A DNA stretch of 64,000 nucleotides from an uncultured Desulfospira sp. (GTDB taxonomy: Bacteria > Desulfobacterota > Desulfobacteria > Desulfobacterales > Desulfobacteraceae): the NCBI GenBank assembly GCA_963663165.1, contig OY760175.1, forward strand, positions 736,001 to 800,000, in the 5' to 3' direction. Below are positions 17,441 through 27,608 of this stretch, one piece after another. Numbering within the stretch: the stretch's first letter is position 1; each line of letters starts with the position of its first letter. Position numbers and translations under genes: made by a program. The notes below the pieces were generated by a model that did not search any database, had not been told where the DNA came from, and was given only the letters and a program-made list of their open reading frames with translations.

Positions 17441-18547
17441 TTAAAGCAGATCCGGGTTGAGCTGGCAGTGTTTTACCGCGCTTTGGTCCAAAAGATGCCC
17501 TAGTTCCCCGTCTTTTCCCGGGTAAAATCCCATGCAGGCTTCCCAGACTTCCCGGTCTTCCATGCAAAAATAAACCAGGACCTTGGGATCATGCTGCCTG
17601 ATCCGCTCAACCACCTTCTGGTAAAGGCCGATGCGAAGGGGTTTGAAATATCGCATTTTATTGTCCAGGCCCGTGATAAACTCCCCATAGCAGATCACGG
17701 ATTTGGAGAACCGCTGTTCCACTATGGGTTTGAGTTTGGGCATGAACCGGAAGCTGCCCATACTGATCCAGACGATATGATCGGCGCTGACTTGGGCGAA
17801 TATGTCATCCACCACCTTTAAATAATCATCTTCACACCCCGGATAAACCACCATGGGATCAAAGTGAAAGGCCAGGTGGAACCCCTTGGATTCACAGAGG
17901 CGGGCCGTCTTTAACCGGGCGTTAAGCGATGCCGTTCCCCGCTCCTGGGTTTTGATCACCTCAGGGGTGTTCACCGACCAGGAAAGGACGGTTTTTTGGT
18001 TATGGTCCAGGTCCAGCAGGGAACCAACGTTGATGGTTTTTGTTTTTAATTCCAGCAGGCAGTTGGTCTGCCGGGCAAATTTTTCAACCAGAAATTGGGG
18101 GCTCTGGCTTACCGGTTCCCAAATCAGGGAATCGGTATATTCCCCGGTTCCGATACGGTAAATCCGGTTCTGGGAAAAGGTGTGGTCAAGTTCTTTGCCA
18201 AAGGTGTCAAGGCCGGCAAAGTACTGGAGCACCGGGGGGTGAAAATAGGCCTGAAGAATGCAGTAGGAACAGTCCATGGTGCAGAAGGTCCCGGTATGAA
18301 GGATGGTATAATCGCAGCAGGTATAGTGACTGGTACCGGGGCAGGGCCTGACCACTGCCCCCTTGTTTCGGGTAATATAAAGAATGGTTTTGGCCAGGGA
18401 TACGGGATCAGGCGACCGGTTGATCACATCGTAGACCATGGCGGAGTTCTCAACGGGTTCTGGTTTGAGCCCTGTTTTTGAAATCAGGTATTCAATTTCA
18501 GGATCCCGGGCAATCTCCTTATCCATAAATAAACGGGACAGTTTCAT
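17441..18547 (-). CDS. Spore photoproduct lyase (SplB)-family radical SAM protein
   Basis: CPG...CTMDCSYCILQAY, RIGTGEYTDSL, LELKTK, SWSVN, FHFDP, YFCME. Confidence 0.82.
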   Translation of the reverse strand: MKLSRLFMDKEIARDPEIEYLISKTGLKPEPVENSAMVYDVINRSPDPVSLAKTILYITRNKGAVVRPCPGTSHYTCCDYTILHTGTFCTMDCSYCILQAYFHPPVLQYFAGLDTFGKELDHTFSQNRIYRIGTGEYTDSLIWEPVSQSPQFLVEKFARQTNCLLELKTKTINVGSLLDLDHNQKTVLSWSVNTPEVIKTQERGTASLNARLKTARLCESKGFHLAFHFDPMVVYPGCEDDYLKVVDDIFAQVSADHIVWISMGSFRFMPKLKPIVEQRFSKSVICYGEFITGLDNKMRYFKPLRIGLYQKVVERIRQHDPKVLVYFCMEDREVWEACMGFYPGKDGELGHLLDQSAVKHCQLNPDLL

Positions 18548-18577
18548 ACCTAACCTTTTGCAGCCATGTTGATTTTT

Positions 18578-19540
18578 TTATTTCCTGTCCAGGATAAGCC
18601 TGAAATCCGGATGGTTACCAGCCGCCTCAATCTCGGATAACCGGGTCTTGAATTCTGCCACGGATTTAAAATTAAAGGACATGGTGTAAGTGGTTCCCTC
18701 GAAATTTTCCGGCAGGGTGAACTTGATGTGTTTATCCAGGTTCAGCTTATTGATGGCCCCATTTACCCGGGACCGTTTTTCTTCAAGAAATGGAAACCGG
18801 GTTTGAACCAGAAACTGTCGCAAGGCATCGGCCTTAAACCCTAAATCCCCGCTGTCGTGAGATAAAATGGCATGGATCGATTCCTGTCCGAAAAAATCTT
18901 CCGGGCTGATCCCATCCCTTGCCATGATCTCCAGCATAAAGGTGATCATTTCCCTTTGCTTGGAAGATGAGGCCTTTATCCGTCCGAATATGTCAAGAAA
19001 GAAGTCCCGGGTAACCGGCTCAAGCCTGGAAATTTTCACGGCGGATTTTAATGACAGATGGCCGCTGTCCAGTACCTGGCACATGGTCTTACCCATGCCC
19101 CCGATGGAGAGCAAATCCTTTATATAGGCCGTGTTCATCCGGGTATTGAATATCAAAAGAGACTGGGCCGCGATCTTTTCCACAGGCATGACGCCCTTGA
19201 GCAGCATCAGGGACTTGATGGTTTCCATCAGGGTCAGGTCTCTTTGAAAGGCATTTTCCGCCACAGCCCTCGGGGCTGCATCGTCTTTATTTTCAAGGAC
19301 CCGGCAATACATAAGGGGAACGGCTTTGTTGAGCAGTGCCGCCCGGATCCGTCTGAAACCCGATACAATGACCACCCTGCCCTGGTCTTTGATGACCACC
19401 GGCGCCGTTAACATCCCTATGGTTTCAATGGAAAGGGCCAGGGATGAAAGGTCGCAGGGGTCAGTGGAAATCTGAAACCGGGTATCGGTAAGATCAATGT
19501 CCGATACCCGGATTTGCTCAAGATGATCAGAGGGTTTCAC
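18578..19540 (-). CDS. ParB N-terminal (CTPase-like) domain protein
   Basis: LALSIETIGMLTAPVV..IVSGFRRIRAA..AENAFQRDLT..E; overlaps the purC stop. Confidence 0.75.
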   Translation of the reverse strand: MKPSDHLEQIRVSDIDLTDTRFQISTDPCDLSSLALSIETIGMLTAPVVIKDQGRVVIVSGFRRIRAALLNKAVPLMYCRVLENKDDAAPRAVAENAFQRDLTLMETIKSLMLLKGVMPVEKIAAQSLLIFNTRMNTAYIKDLLSIGGMGKTMCQVLDSGHLSLKSAVKISRLEPVTRDFFLDIFGRIKASSSKQREMITFMLEIMARDGISPEDFFGQESIHAILSHDSGDLGFKADALRQFLVQTRFPFLEEKRSRVNGAINKLNLDKHIKFTLPENFEGTTYTMSFNFKSVAEFKTRLSEIEAAGNHPDFRLILDRK

Positions 19541-20405
19541 CGGTCAGTCTCGTATAGATGTCCTTATAAGTTCGGGCCGTATGGTCTATGACCTCCTGGG
19601 GAAGTTCAGGGCCGGGAGGGGTTTTGTCCCATCCGGAATTGACCAGCCAGTCCCGGACGGTCTGTTTGTCATAGCTGTTCTGTCCCCTGCCCGGCTCATA
19701 GTCATCCAGGGGCCAGAACCGGGATGAATCCGGGGTCAGGATCTCGTCAATAAGGATAATCTCATCATCCAGCAGCCCGAATTCAAACTTTGTATCGGCA
19801 ATGATGATCCCTTTTTCAAGGGCCAGCCGAGCGCCTTTGTTGTAAATGGCAAGGCTCAGATCCCGTAATTTTTCAGCGATTTCCCGGCCCAGAAGGTTAA
19901 TGGTTTCCTCAAAAGAAATATTGATATCATGGTCCCCGACTTCCGCCTTGGTTGAGGGGGTGAACAAGGGGGTTTCCAGTTTTTCGGATTCTTTAAGGCC
20001 TTTGGGCAGTTCAATGCCGCAGACATGGCCTTCCTTGAGGTAAGATGACCATCCGGAGCCCGTGATATATCCCCGGACAATGCATTCCACTTCAAAGGGT
20101 TTTGCCTTTTTAACCAGCATGCTGCGCTTGTCTAAAGCGTTTTTGTAGGCCTTGAATTCCTCAGGGTACTGATTGACATCCACGGTAATGATATGGTTTC
20201 TGATGAGATCTTCCATCTGCTTGAACCAGAACACCGATATCTGGTTTAAGACCTTGCCTTTGTCCGGGATCAGATTGGGCAGCACCACATCAAAGGCAGA
20301 CAACCGGTCTGTAGTCACCATTAAAAGGGCATCCCCTGTATCAAAAATATCCCTTACTTTCCCCTGCCGGACCATGGGCAGGTCATCGTTTATTGTCGAT
20401 GTCAT
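19527..20405 (-). CDS. purC: SAICAR synthetase
   Basis: GKVRDI, DRLSAFD, ECIVRGY, FTPSTKA, ADTKFEFG, DEILTPDSSRFW. Confidence 0.97.
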   Translation of the reverse strand: MTSTINDDLPMVRQGKVRDIFDTGDALLMVTTDRLSAFDVVLPNLIPDKGKVLNQISVFWFKQMEDLIRNHIITVDVNQYPEEFKAYKNALDKRSMLVKKAKPFEVECIVRGYITGSGWSSYLKEGHVCGIELPKGLKESEKLETPLFTPSTKAEVGDHDINISFEETINLLGREIAEKLRDLSLAIYNKGARLALEKGIIIADTKFEFGLLDDEIILIDEILTPDSSRFWPLDDYEPGRGQNSYDKQTVRDWLVNSGWDKTPPGPELPQEVIDHTARTYKDIYTRLTGETL

Positions 20406-20646
20406 CCATTTTTCTCCTTGTTCATTATTCCTTCCTGCCTGCGCACCTGTCCAATCATGGGCAATGGATACCCCCTAGGGCTTTATCCGTTAAGCAAGGC
20501 AGGTAATACTTGACGATCAATACCAAATCATCATATGGTTATCAACACTTTTCATCAGCACCCATTCCCCCTGGCAGATCTTGCCAAAGGCGGTTGATGC
20601 TGGCTTTAAGGTTTCAAATTTTATTGATGATCTGTAATGTTCAAAA

Positions 20647-21963
20647 ATGAGGTCGATTATGAAAATAACCGTGTGGGGTCTGTTCTGGGGTCCGGTGTTC
20701 AGTTTATGGCTTGCCCTTAATGCTGCCGTTGCCGGACCCGGACCATTATACACTTTAAATGATCTTTGCCGTGAAGCCGCAAAAAATGCCGAACAAATTC
20801 AGATGGCCCAGGAAAATGTTACCATTGCCGAGGATGAAAAAAAGCGGGCCCTTTCGGTCCTCATTCCCAGGATCAGCACGTTTGGCAGCGTTGTAAACCA
20901 TAAACACGACAGCCAGTCCTATCCGGATTCCACCACATTAGGGATAAACCTGACCCAATCCTTTACCATCAACGGCAAGGAGCTGACCGCTTACAATTTC
21001 ACCAAAAAAGGGATTGAAAAAAGCGGTTTTGCTTTAGAACGGGTCACAGCAGACTATTTGTTCAGCGTGGCCGAGTCCTATTTTCAGACCTTGAGTGCCA
21101 AACGTAAAAAAGAAATTGCCGAGGCCGATATGGACCGGCTGAAAACCCACAGGGACTCGGTTCAAGAAAAACTTTCTGTGGGGTCTGTAACCAAAACCGA
21201 TCTTTACCGGGCTGAGGCCGAGCTGTCCAAAGCAAGGACCTCTCAGGTGACTTCAGAACACGGGATTCAGCAGGGAATGGCCCGGATTGCCAGATTGGCC
21301 GGCATTGATCATGATTTTACCATTTCAGCTGAACATGCCGGAACCCTGGAAAATTTTCATCCCACTTTGGACGGGATTAAGGGGGCAGCCCTTGAAAACC
21401 GGTATGAAATTAAAGAAGCCCAAAAAGACCTGGAAAGGGCCATGGACAATGTCAAGTATGAAAAAGGCGATTACTGGCCGGTCTTAAGCCTGGAAGCCGG
21501 ATACAAGGACTCTGATATTTCCTATGACGCCGGATCACAGGATACTGACCTGAATGTATATGATCCCTATATTCAGGCCCAGCTGGTCTTTACCCTTTAC
21601 GACGGCGGCTTGAGAGGCGCCGAGGTTTCCCAGGCCAGGGCAAAGGAACGGCAGGCCCGCCAGAACCTTGAAAGCGTCAAGAACGATATTGTATTGCAGG
21701 CAAAGGTCGCTTTCCTGGAATATGAAACTGCCAGAAACACCCTGATCAATCTTCAGGACGAGTTAAAATCCGCCAATGAAAACTATAATGCGGTTAAAAT
21801 GCAGTTTAAATACGGCATGGCGGACAGCATTGACATGATGGATGCCAACACCCTTCTGGTCACCGCTGAACGAAGCATTTCCGATGCGCAGTATGCCCTT
21901 GTCCTGGCAGCCTTGAAAATTAAATATGTCAAAAGTGAGCTGACAGAATATTTACTCAAATAA
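20647..21963 (+). CDS. TolC-family outer membrane efflux protein
   Basis: Signal peptide and two OEP repeats (VAESYF..L, DLYRAEAEL; LYDGG, QFKYG..DSIDMMDA). Start may be 20659. Confidence 0.85.
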   Translation: MRSIMKITVWGLFWGPVFSLWLALNAAVAGPGPLYTLNDLCREAAKNAEQIQMAQENVTIAEDEKKRALSVLIPRISTFGSVVNHKHDSQSYPDSTTLGINLTQSFTINGKELTAYNFTKKGIEKSGFALERVTADYLFSVAESYFQTLSAKRKKEIAEADMDRLKTHRDSVQEKLSVGSVTKTDLYRAEAELSKARTSQVTSEHGIQQGMARIARLAGIDHDFTISAEHAGTLENFHPTLDGIKGAALENRYEIKEAQKDLERAMDNVKYEKGDYWPVLSLEAGYKDSDISYDAGSQDTDLNVYDPYIQAQLVFTLYDGGLRGAEVSQARAKERQARQNLESVKNDIVLQAKVAFLEYETARNTLINLQDELKSANENYNAVKMQFKYGMADSIDMMDANTLLVTAERSISDAQYALVLAALKIKYVKSELTEYLLK

Positions 21964-22154
21964 GTGAATTCGGGTTCAATTTCCCCAAACCCCGGGTAAA
22001 AAATTTTTTTCAGGGTTAAGTGGCTACAAATATTTCATTAATACGGTTTTTCCGGTATCATACCCCATGGATAGACTCTGAATCTGCAATGTTTTCAAGA
22101 CGTAAGCTTGACTTGATCTAAAGCTTGAAATATTCTTCTGATTAAATTTCAGAT

Positions 22155-22192
22155 CAGCGATAGCAGCGACAGCAGCGATAGCAGCGACAGCG
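22155..22192 (+). repeat. 4x 9-bp tandem repeat CAGCGAYAG
   Basis: CAGCGATAG CAGCGACAG CAGCGATAG CAGCGACAG CG, 30 bp upstream of the 22223 ATG. Confidence 0.85.
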
Positions 22193-22222
22193 TAACAAAA
22201 AAAAAGAAAAAAGGAGTTAGCC

Positions 22223-22537
22223 ATGTACGAAATCATTGCAAATCCTGAAGACTACCAGATTGATCATCTGATTAACGGTACCGGCAACGCCAACATTGAA
22301 CTGTCCCAGGAAGAGCGGGACAAATGGGCCAATGAAGTGGTGAATTTCAGTGAACGGCTCATGGAGCTTGCCAAAAAATCAAAGGTTCTCGCCGACCTTT
22401 TATGTTCCAAAGAGCCCATCGCAGCCACCCCTGCATCCTTAAAAACATTGAAAATTCAACTTTTTATGATCAACGACTCCCTGAACTCAGCACTTGAAAT
22501 TTCTGAAAAACTGGAAACGGATATTATCAAAAAATAA
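22223..22537 (+). CDS. Hypothetical protein, 104 aa, predicted helical
   Basis: Strong AAGGAG RBS, fills the gap between tolC and the convergent aroC; no recognised motif. Confidence 0.75.
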   Translation: MYEIIANPEDYQIDHLINGTGNANIELSQEERDKWANEVVNFSERLMELAKKSKVLADLLCSKEPIAATPASLKTLKIQLFMINDSLNSALEISEKLETDIIKK

Positions 22538-22543
22538 CCCGTT

Positions 22544-23596
22544 TCAGACAATTGATTTTTGCCTTAACAGATGGTCTGCCAGAACCAGCATAAGCATGGA
22601 CTCGCAGACCATGTTAATTCTGGGAATGGCGCTGATATCATGCCGTCCCGTTGTGGAAATCGTTGTGGGCTCATGGGTCTTTGTAAGGGTCTTTTGAACT
22701 TTTAAAATAGAGGGGATGGGTTTGATATGGACCCTTGCCACAATCTCATCCCCATTGGAAATGCCGGCCAGAATTCCGCCGGCATGGTTGGTTTCAAACC
22801 CGTCGGGCATGATCTGGTCGTTGTTCTCATACCCGGTCATCCGGGCCGCCTCAATTCCGGAACCAATTTCAACCGCCTTGACCGCACCGATACTCATCAA
22901 GGCCTTGGCAATATCGGCATCTAATTTATCAAACACGGGATCTCCGAGCCCTGCCGGAACATTTGAGGCCCTGATTTCAACCACGCCGCCAAGGGAATCC
23001 CCTTGTTCTTTGACCTGTTCAATTCTTTTTTCCATGGCCATGGCCGCCTTGGGGTCAGCGCACCGCAACGGACTGGTTTCAAGAAATTCAGGATCAAAGG
23101 TTTTGGCCTCAACCCTGCCAAGGGCCAGGGTATGGCTCATGATACGGATCTGATGTCCTGCAAGGACAAGCCCTGCCACGGCACCTGCGGCCACCCGGGC
23201 CGCGGTTTCCCTTGCCGATGCCCGGCCCCCGCCCCGATAATCCCGGATACCGTATTTTTGGGTGTAAGAATAATCCCCGTGACCCGGCCTGAAGAGATTT
23301 GCAATATCATCATAGGATCTGGACCGGGCATCCTGGTTTTCAATGAGGATCATGATGGGGGTCCCGGTGGTCCGGTTTTCAAAGGTGCCGGAAAGGATTT
23401 TCGGGCGGTCTGGTTCTTTTCTCTTGGTAGAGGCCGGGCCTTTACCGGGTTTCCGTCTGTCCAAAGCCTTTTGAATCATGGCCTCGGTAATGGGAAGGCC
23501 CGGCGGGCATCCCTGGATGATCACGCCTAACGCCGGGCCGTGGGATTCGCCAAAGGTGGTGATCTGAAATGCTTTTCCAAAACTTGATCCTGACAT
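22544..23596 (-). CDS. aroC: Chorismate synthase
   Basis: TFGESHG, RPGHGD, RGGGRASARET, GGILAGISNG, GRHD. Confidence 0.97.
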   Translation of the reverse strand: MSGSSFGKAFQITTFGESHGPALGVIIQGCPPGLPITEAMIQKALDRRKPGKGPASTKRKEPDRPKILSGTFENRTTGTPIMILIENQDARSRSYDDIANLFRPGHGDYSYTQKYGIRDYRGGGRASARETAARVAAGAVAGLVLAGHQIRIMSHTLALGRVEAKTFDPEFLETSPLRCADPKAAMAMEKRIEQVKEQGDSLGGVVEIRASNVPAGLGDPVFDKLDADIAKALMSIGAVKAVEIGSGIEAARMTGYENNDQIMPDGFETNHAGGILAGISNGDEIVARVHIKPIPSILKVQKTLTKTHEPTTISTTGRHDISAIPRINMVCESMLMLVLADHLLRQKSIV

Positions 23597-23611
23597 GGGG
23601 TCCTCGTTTGT

Positions 23612-23652
23612 TTAGCGGTTAGCTTTTAGCTGTTAGCCATTAGCTGTTCGGT
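23612..23652. repeat. Heptamer tandem (TTAGCTG family) between aroK and aroC
   Basis: TTAGCGG TTAGCTT TTAGCTG TTAGCCA TTAGCTG TTCGG. Confidence 0.8.
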
Positions 23653-23653
23653 T

Positions 23654-24184
23654 TTAAAGTTTTTCAAATGCTGTTTGAATCTGCCGGGCCGCCTGGTCCG
23701 GGGAAAGGGCCTGAGTATCGATGGAAAATCCGGCGGTTTCCTGGTAGAGGGGGTTCCTTTCTGACAACAGGGCAACGGTTTCCTGATAGATGGGGCTTTG
23801 GGTCAGGGCAGGCCTAGAGGATTGGCTGTTCAAATCCTGCCCAAGCCGTTCAATGATACCGGCAGGCTCGGCCTTAAGCCATACCGCCCATCCCTTTTCC
23901 CGGATCAGTTTCCGGTTTTCCGGATCAAGGACAATACCGCCGCCTGTGGAAATCACCTGCCCGGCATGGCCAAAGTCCTGATTGGCTATAAATTCAAGGA
24001 CATGGGCCTCCTGTTCCCTGAAAAATGGCCACCCGTTCTTTTCTACCATCGCTTCAATGGACATGCCGGCCCGTTCCTGAACCACCTGGTCCGTATCCCG
24101 GAAATCATATTCAAGAAGATCCGCCAGCAGCCTGCCGATAGTGGTCTTTCCCGTACACCGGTATCCAATCAAAAAAATATTCAT
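23654..24184 (-). CDS. aroK: Shikimate kinase
   Basis: IGYRCTGKTT P-loop, GWPFFREQE, STGGGIV, RPAL, RNPLY. Confidence 0.94.
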   Translation of the reverse strand: MNIFLIGYRCTGKTTIGRLLADLLEYDFRDTDQVVQERAGMSIEAMVEKNGWPFFREQEAHVLEFIANQDFGHAGQVISTGGGIVLDPENRKLIREKGWAVWLKAEPAGIIERLGQDLNSQSSRPALTQSPIYQETVALLSERNPLYQETAGFSIDTQALSPDQAARQIQTAFEKL

Positions 24185-24196
24185 TTAAATAGGGGG

Positions 24197-24261
24197 TTAG
24201 GCTGAAGGGGATTAGACTGAAGTAATTTACCTTCAGTCTTCAGCCTAAATACCTTCAGCCT
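24197..24261. repeat. Short-period inverted repeat (AGGCTGA/TCAGCCT) between aroA and aroK
   Basis: TTAGGCTGAAG..TTAGACTGAAG-TAATTTAC-CTTCAGTCTTCAGCCTAA..CTTCAGCCT. Confidence 0.65.
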
Positions 24262-24265
24262 GCTT

Positions 24266-25522
24266 TTAAAGTTTCTCAAAAATATCCCAGTACCCGGGAA
24301 AAGATTTTTCCACGCAACCGGGATTTTCAATTTCCATGCCCGGCACCACCAGGCCGGCCAGAGAAAAAGCCATGGCAATCCGATGATCGTTATAGGTCTC
24401 AATGAACGCGCCTTTAGGGGTTCCACCAACCACCGTAAGCCAGTCATCTCCCTGCCGGGCATCGATTCCCATTTTCAAAAGCCCTAAAACCACGGCATCA
24501 ATCCGGTCACACTCTTTTTCCCTTAAGTGGGCGATGTTGGTGATCCTTGTTTCCCCGTTGGCAAAGGCGGCGGCAACCGCAATGGCCGGAACCGCATCCG
24601 GCGTATCCGACATGTCCACATCCACTCCGGTCAGTCCATTCCCTCTGACACCGGCACAGCGGTCTTTAAATTCCAGGGTGGCGCCCATTTTTTCCAGAAT
24701 ATATATCTGTTTAAAATCACCCTGCAAAGAGTCTTTTTGAACATTTTTTACATAAATGGCCCGGCCGGTAATGGCGCCGGCCGCCCAGAAATACCCGGCA
24801 TTGGAAAGGTCGGGTTCCACAAAAAAGGTTCCGGACGCATAGGACTGTCCCCCGGGCACCAGATACCGGGTTTCATCAAGGCGCTTTGCATCAACCTTAA
24901 ACTGTTTCATGATATCCAGGGTAAGGTCTATATACGGTGAGGATACCGGGGGCCCGGTCAGTTGAATGTTAAGGCCGTTTTCAAAAAAAGGGCCGATCAT
25001 GAGAAGGCTGGAAAGGTACTGGCTTGATCTTGAACAATCAAGCAGGGTATCTCCCCCCTGCCGGTTTCCCCCCTGAATGGTTATGGGGGGGGTTCCCTGG
25101 GCATTGTCAGACCTGGCGCTAATTTGTATCTTTTCAAGGGCATCCAGCAGCTCCTTCATGGGACGGCGGCACATTCTCTGGTCCCCGGTCAGGGTATAGG
25201 CACGGGTGCCCAGGGCGGCAATTCCAGCCAGAAGCCGCATGGACGTGCCGGAATTGCCCAGATAAACCGGTTCATCAAAGGGTTCTGGCCTGCCGTTAAA
25301 TCCTTTCACTTCAACAGTATCAGGACCGGTGTCCCTGATTTGGACCCCCATATGGGAAAGGCACTGGCAAGTCAGGGAAATATCCTGGCTTTCAAGAAGG
25401 TTGGTTATGTTTGAAACTCCCCCTGAAAGGGCGGCACAGATCAGCATCCGGTGAGAGATGCTTTTTGATCCTGGCACGGTAACCGTCTGGTCTTTAATGG
25501 GCCTTGGAATTATTTTTTTCAT
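24266..25522 (-). CDS. aroA: EPSP synthase
   Basis: PGSKSISHR, GNSGTSMR, SSQYLS, LREKECDRI, DHRIAM, KSFPGY. Confidence 0.97.
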   Translation of the reverse strand: MKKIIPRPIKDQTVTVPGSKSISHRMLICAALSGGVSNITNLLESQDISLTCQCLSHMGVQIRDTGPDTVEVKGFNGRPEPFDEPVYLGNSGTSMRLLAGIAALGTRAYTLTGDQRMCRRPMKELLDALEKIQISARSDNAQGTPPITIQGGNRQGGDTLLDCSRSSQYLSSLLMIGPFFENGLNIQLTGPPVSSPYIDLTLDIMKQFKVDAKRLDETRYLVPGGQSYASGTFFVEPDLSNAGYFWAAGAITGRAIYVKNVQKDSLQGDFKQIYILEKMGATLEFKDRCAGVRGNGLTGVDVDMSDTPDAVPAIAVAAAFANGETRITNIAHLREKECDRIDAVVLGLLKMGIDARQGDDWLTVVGGTPKGAFIETYNDHRIAMAFSLAGLVVPGMEIENPGCVEKSFPGYWDIFEKL

Positions 25523-25540
25523 CCTTTTTCCTTTCAGGTG

Positions 25541-26368
25541 TCATTTTGTGAGCAGGGCGGTGCGCATCTGATGCTGATCCGGTTCAATGCCCGTCCACAG
25601 TTTAAACTGGGCAGCGGCCTGGGCAATAAACATGGCAAGCCCGTCCACCACATGGCAGCCCCTTTGCCTGGCGGCCTGGATCAGTCTGGTGTCCGGCGGG
25701 GTATAAACTACATCCATCACCACCATTTCAGGCCTAAGCCATGACAGGGGAACCGGAGCCTGATCCACGGCCGGCGCCATCCCGATACTGGTGGTGTTAA
25801 TGAGAATATCCGCCTGAATTTGAGAAATGTCTTGGAGGGGACAGAACCTGCCCTGGTATTGGCCGGCCAGATCCATGCCCGTTTGAGCGGTCCGGTTGAC
25901 AATCACCAGACGGCCTTTGTTTTTCCATATGCCAAAGGCAACCGCTCTGGCCGCCCCTCCGGCCCCGACAATACAGACGGTTTTACCGGCAATGCCAAAG
26001 GGTTTAAGGGGATCAACCGCCGCCTTTGAATCGGTATTGTACCCCAAAAGAGAGCCCCGGTCATTGACAATGGTATTCACCGCGCCCATATCCCCGGCCT
26101 CAGGATCGATCCAGTCCAGGTAATCCATAACCCCCGCCTTGAAAGGAATGGTAATGGATGCCCCTTTTATATTCAGGCTTCGGATAGCGTTGATACAGCT
26201 TTTGGCATCCGGCGGTTCAAAGGCCAGATATACCGCATTTATGCCCTGATGGGCAAATGCCCTGTTGTGAACCAGGGGGCTTTGGCTGTGGGACACCGGG
26301 CTGCCCATCACACCGTACAATTGCGTGGCGGCATTGATCTGTTGATTCATATAAGGTTCGAAATCCAT
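25541..26368 (-). CDS. aroE: Shikimate dehydrogenase
   Basis: PVSHSQSP, SITIPFK, GAVNT, GYNTD, GAGGAARA, NTTSIGM, DVVY. Start may be 26350. Confidence 0.95.
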   Translation of the reverse strand: MDFEPYMNQQINAATQLYGVMGSPVSHSQSPLVHNRAFAHQGINAVYLAFEPPDAKSCINAIRSLNIKGASITIPFKAGVMDYLDWIDPEAGDMGAVNTIVNDRGSLLGYNTDSKAAVDPLKPFGIAGKTVCIVGAGGAARAVAFGIWKNKGRLVIVNRTAQTGMDLAGQYQGRFCPLQDISQIQADILINTTSIGMAPAVDQAPVPLSWLRPEMVVMDVVYTPPDTRLIQAARQRGCHVVDGLAMFIAQAAAQFKLWTGIEPDQHQMRTALLTK

Positions 26369-26380
26369 TTTTACATTCCA

Positions 26381-27505
26381 CTATCCTAAAGTTTGAATCC
26401 CTGACTCGCTGTCCATGGGATAAGAACCCAAAACCCTCAAAGAAAGGCAGACAGACTTGAGTTGTTCAATGGTATGGGAAACCACCGGGTCCTGAATATG
26501 CCCTTCAATGTCCATAAAAAAATAATAACTCCAGTTCTGGTTCCGCGTGGGCCTGGATTCAAGTTTGAGCATGTTAAGCCCGGCCTGGTTTACCGGTTCC
26601 AGGGCCTTGAACAATGCACCGGGCACATGGGAGGCGGCAAACATGATAGATGTTTTGTCTTTCCCGGTGGGGGGAGGCATGTCTTTACCAATAACCAGGA
26701 ACCGGGTGATGTTCCCGGCATGATCTTCAATGGAGGTTTCAACGGGAAGCAGTTCATAGATATGGGCGGCCTTGCCGCTGGCAATGACGGCCCCGTCCGG
26801 ATCACTGGCAACCGCCCTGGCGGCCAGGGCGGTTGAACCGGTTTCCTTGACGGGGGTGTTAGAAAATTTCTTTCTCAGCCACCCCTTGCATTGGGCCACC
26901 GCCTGGTGGTGGCCGTAAATGGTTTTCACATGGGAAGGGTCTCCGGTCATGGACAGCAGATCATAGCTCACGGGTTCATAATGTTCAGCGCAGATCTGCA
27001 AGGTATACACCGCAAACAGGTCCAGGGTATGGTTAACCGCCCCTTCAATGGAATTTTCAACCGGGACTACCCCAAAACGGCTTTCATTTTTCTCCACCTC
27101 CTTGAACACGTCGTTGAGGCCGGGCTGGCAAATGAAATTGCCCGAATGTTTAAAATGAGTTAACGCCGCCATGTGGGTTAAGCCGGCTTCAGGTCCGAGA
27201 AAGGAAATTTTCTTGGGCTTCTGAATTTCACGGGTGGCTGTAATAATCACATTGAATATGTATTGAAGCAGGTCCCTGGAGGCCGGCCCCCGGTTCAGGG
27301 CAAACAGGTTCTCTATGACTTTTTTTTCCCTTTCCCGGTCCAGAACGGCGCCCCCTTTCTCCTGTTTGATCCGGCCCACCTGTCTGCCGATGTCAAGGCG
27401 CTGGTTGATCAATTCCAGGATCTGAGCATCAATGGTGTCGATCTGTTTTCTTAAAGGGGCCAGGGCCCTGTCCCGGTCTGGGTGGGCCGGTTTTTCTGTG
27501 TTCAT
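26381..27505 (-). CDS. pheA: Bifunctional chorismate mutase/prephenate dehydratase (P-protein)
   Basis: LRKQIDTID..RE CM domain, FLGPE, VPVENSIEG, NITRF, LESRP ACT domain. Start reset to ATG 27505 (GAAGGAAGG RBS). Confidence 0.95.
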   Translation of the reverse strand: MNTEKPAHPDRDRALAPLRKQIDTIDAQILELINQRLDIGRQVGRIKQEKGGAVLDREREKKVIENLFALNRGPASRDLLQYIFNVIITATREIQKPKKISFLGPEAGLTHMAALTHFKHSGNFICQPGLNDVFKEVEKNESRFGVVPVENSIEGAVNHTLDLFAVYTLQICAEHYEPVSYDLLSMTGDPSHVKTIYGHHQAVAQCKGWLRKKFSNTPVKETGSTALAARAVASDPDGAVIASGKAAHIYELLPVETSIEDHAGNITRFLVIGKDMPPPTGKDKTSIMFAASHVPGALFKALEPVNQAGLNMLKLESRPTRNQNWSYYFFMDIEGHIQDPVVSHTIEQLKSVCLSLRVLGSYPMDSESGIQTLG

Positions 27506-27544
27506 ACTTGTCCTTCCTTCAGCCGGTTTACCTGAATACCCAAT

Positions 27545-27582
27545 AAAAAACCGCAACAAGATGAATCCTGCTGCGGTTTTTT
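27545..27582 (-). terminator. Attenuator terminator upstream of pheA
   Basis: Minus strand AAAAAACCGCAGCAGGA-TTCA-TCTTGTTGCGGTTTTTT, 40 bp before the pheA ATG. Confidence 0.88.
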
Positions 27583-27608
27583 CTGGTCAATTGGTTGAAA
27601 TGATCAGT

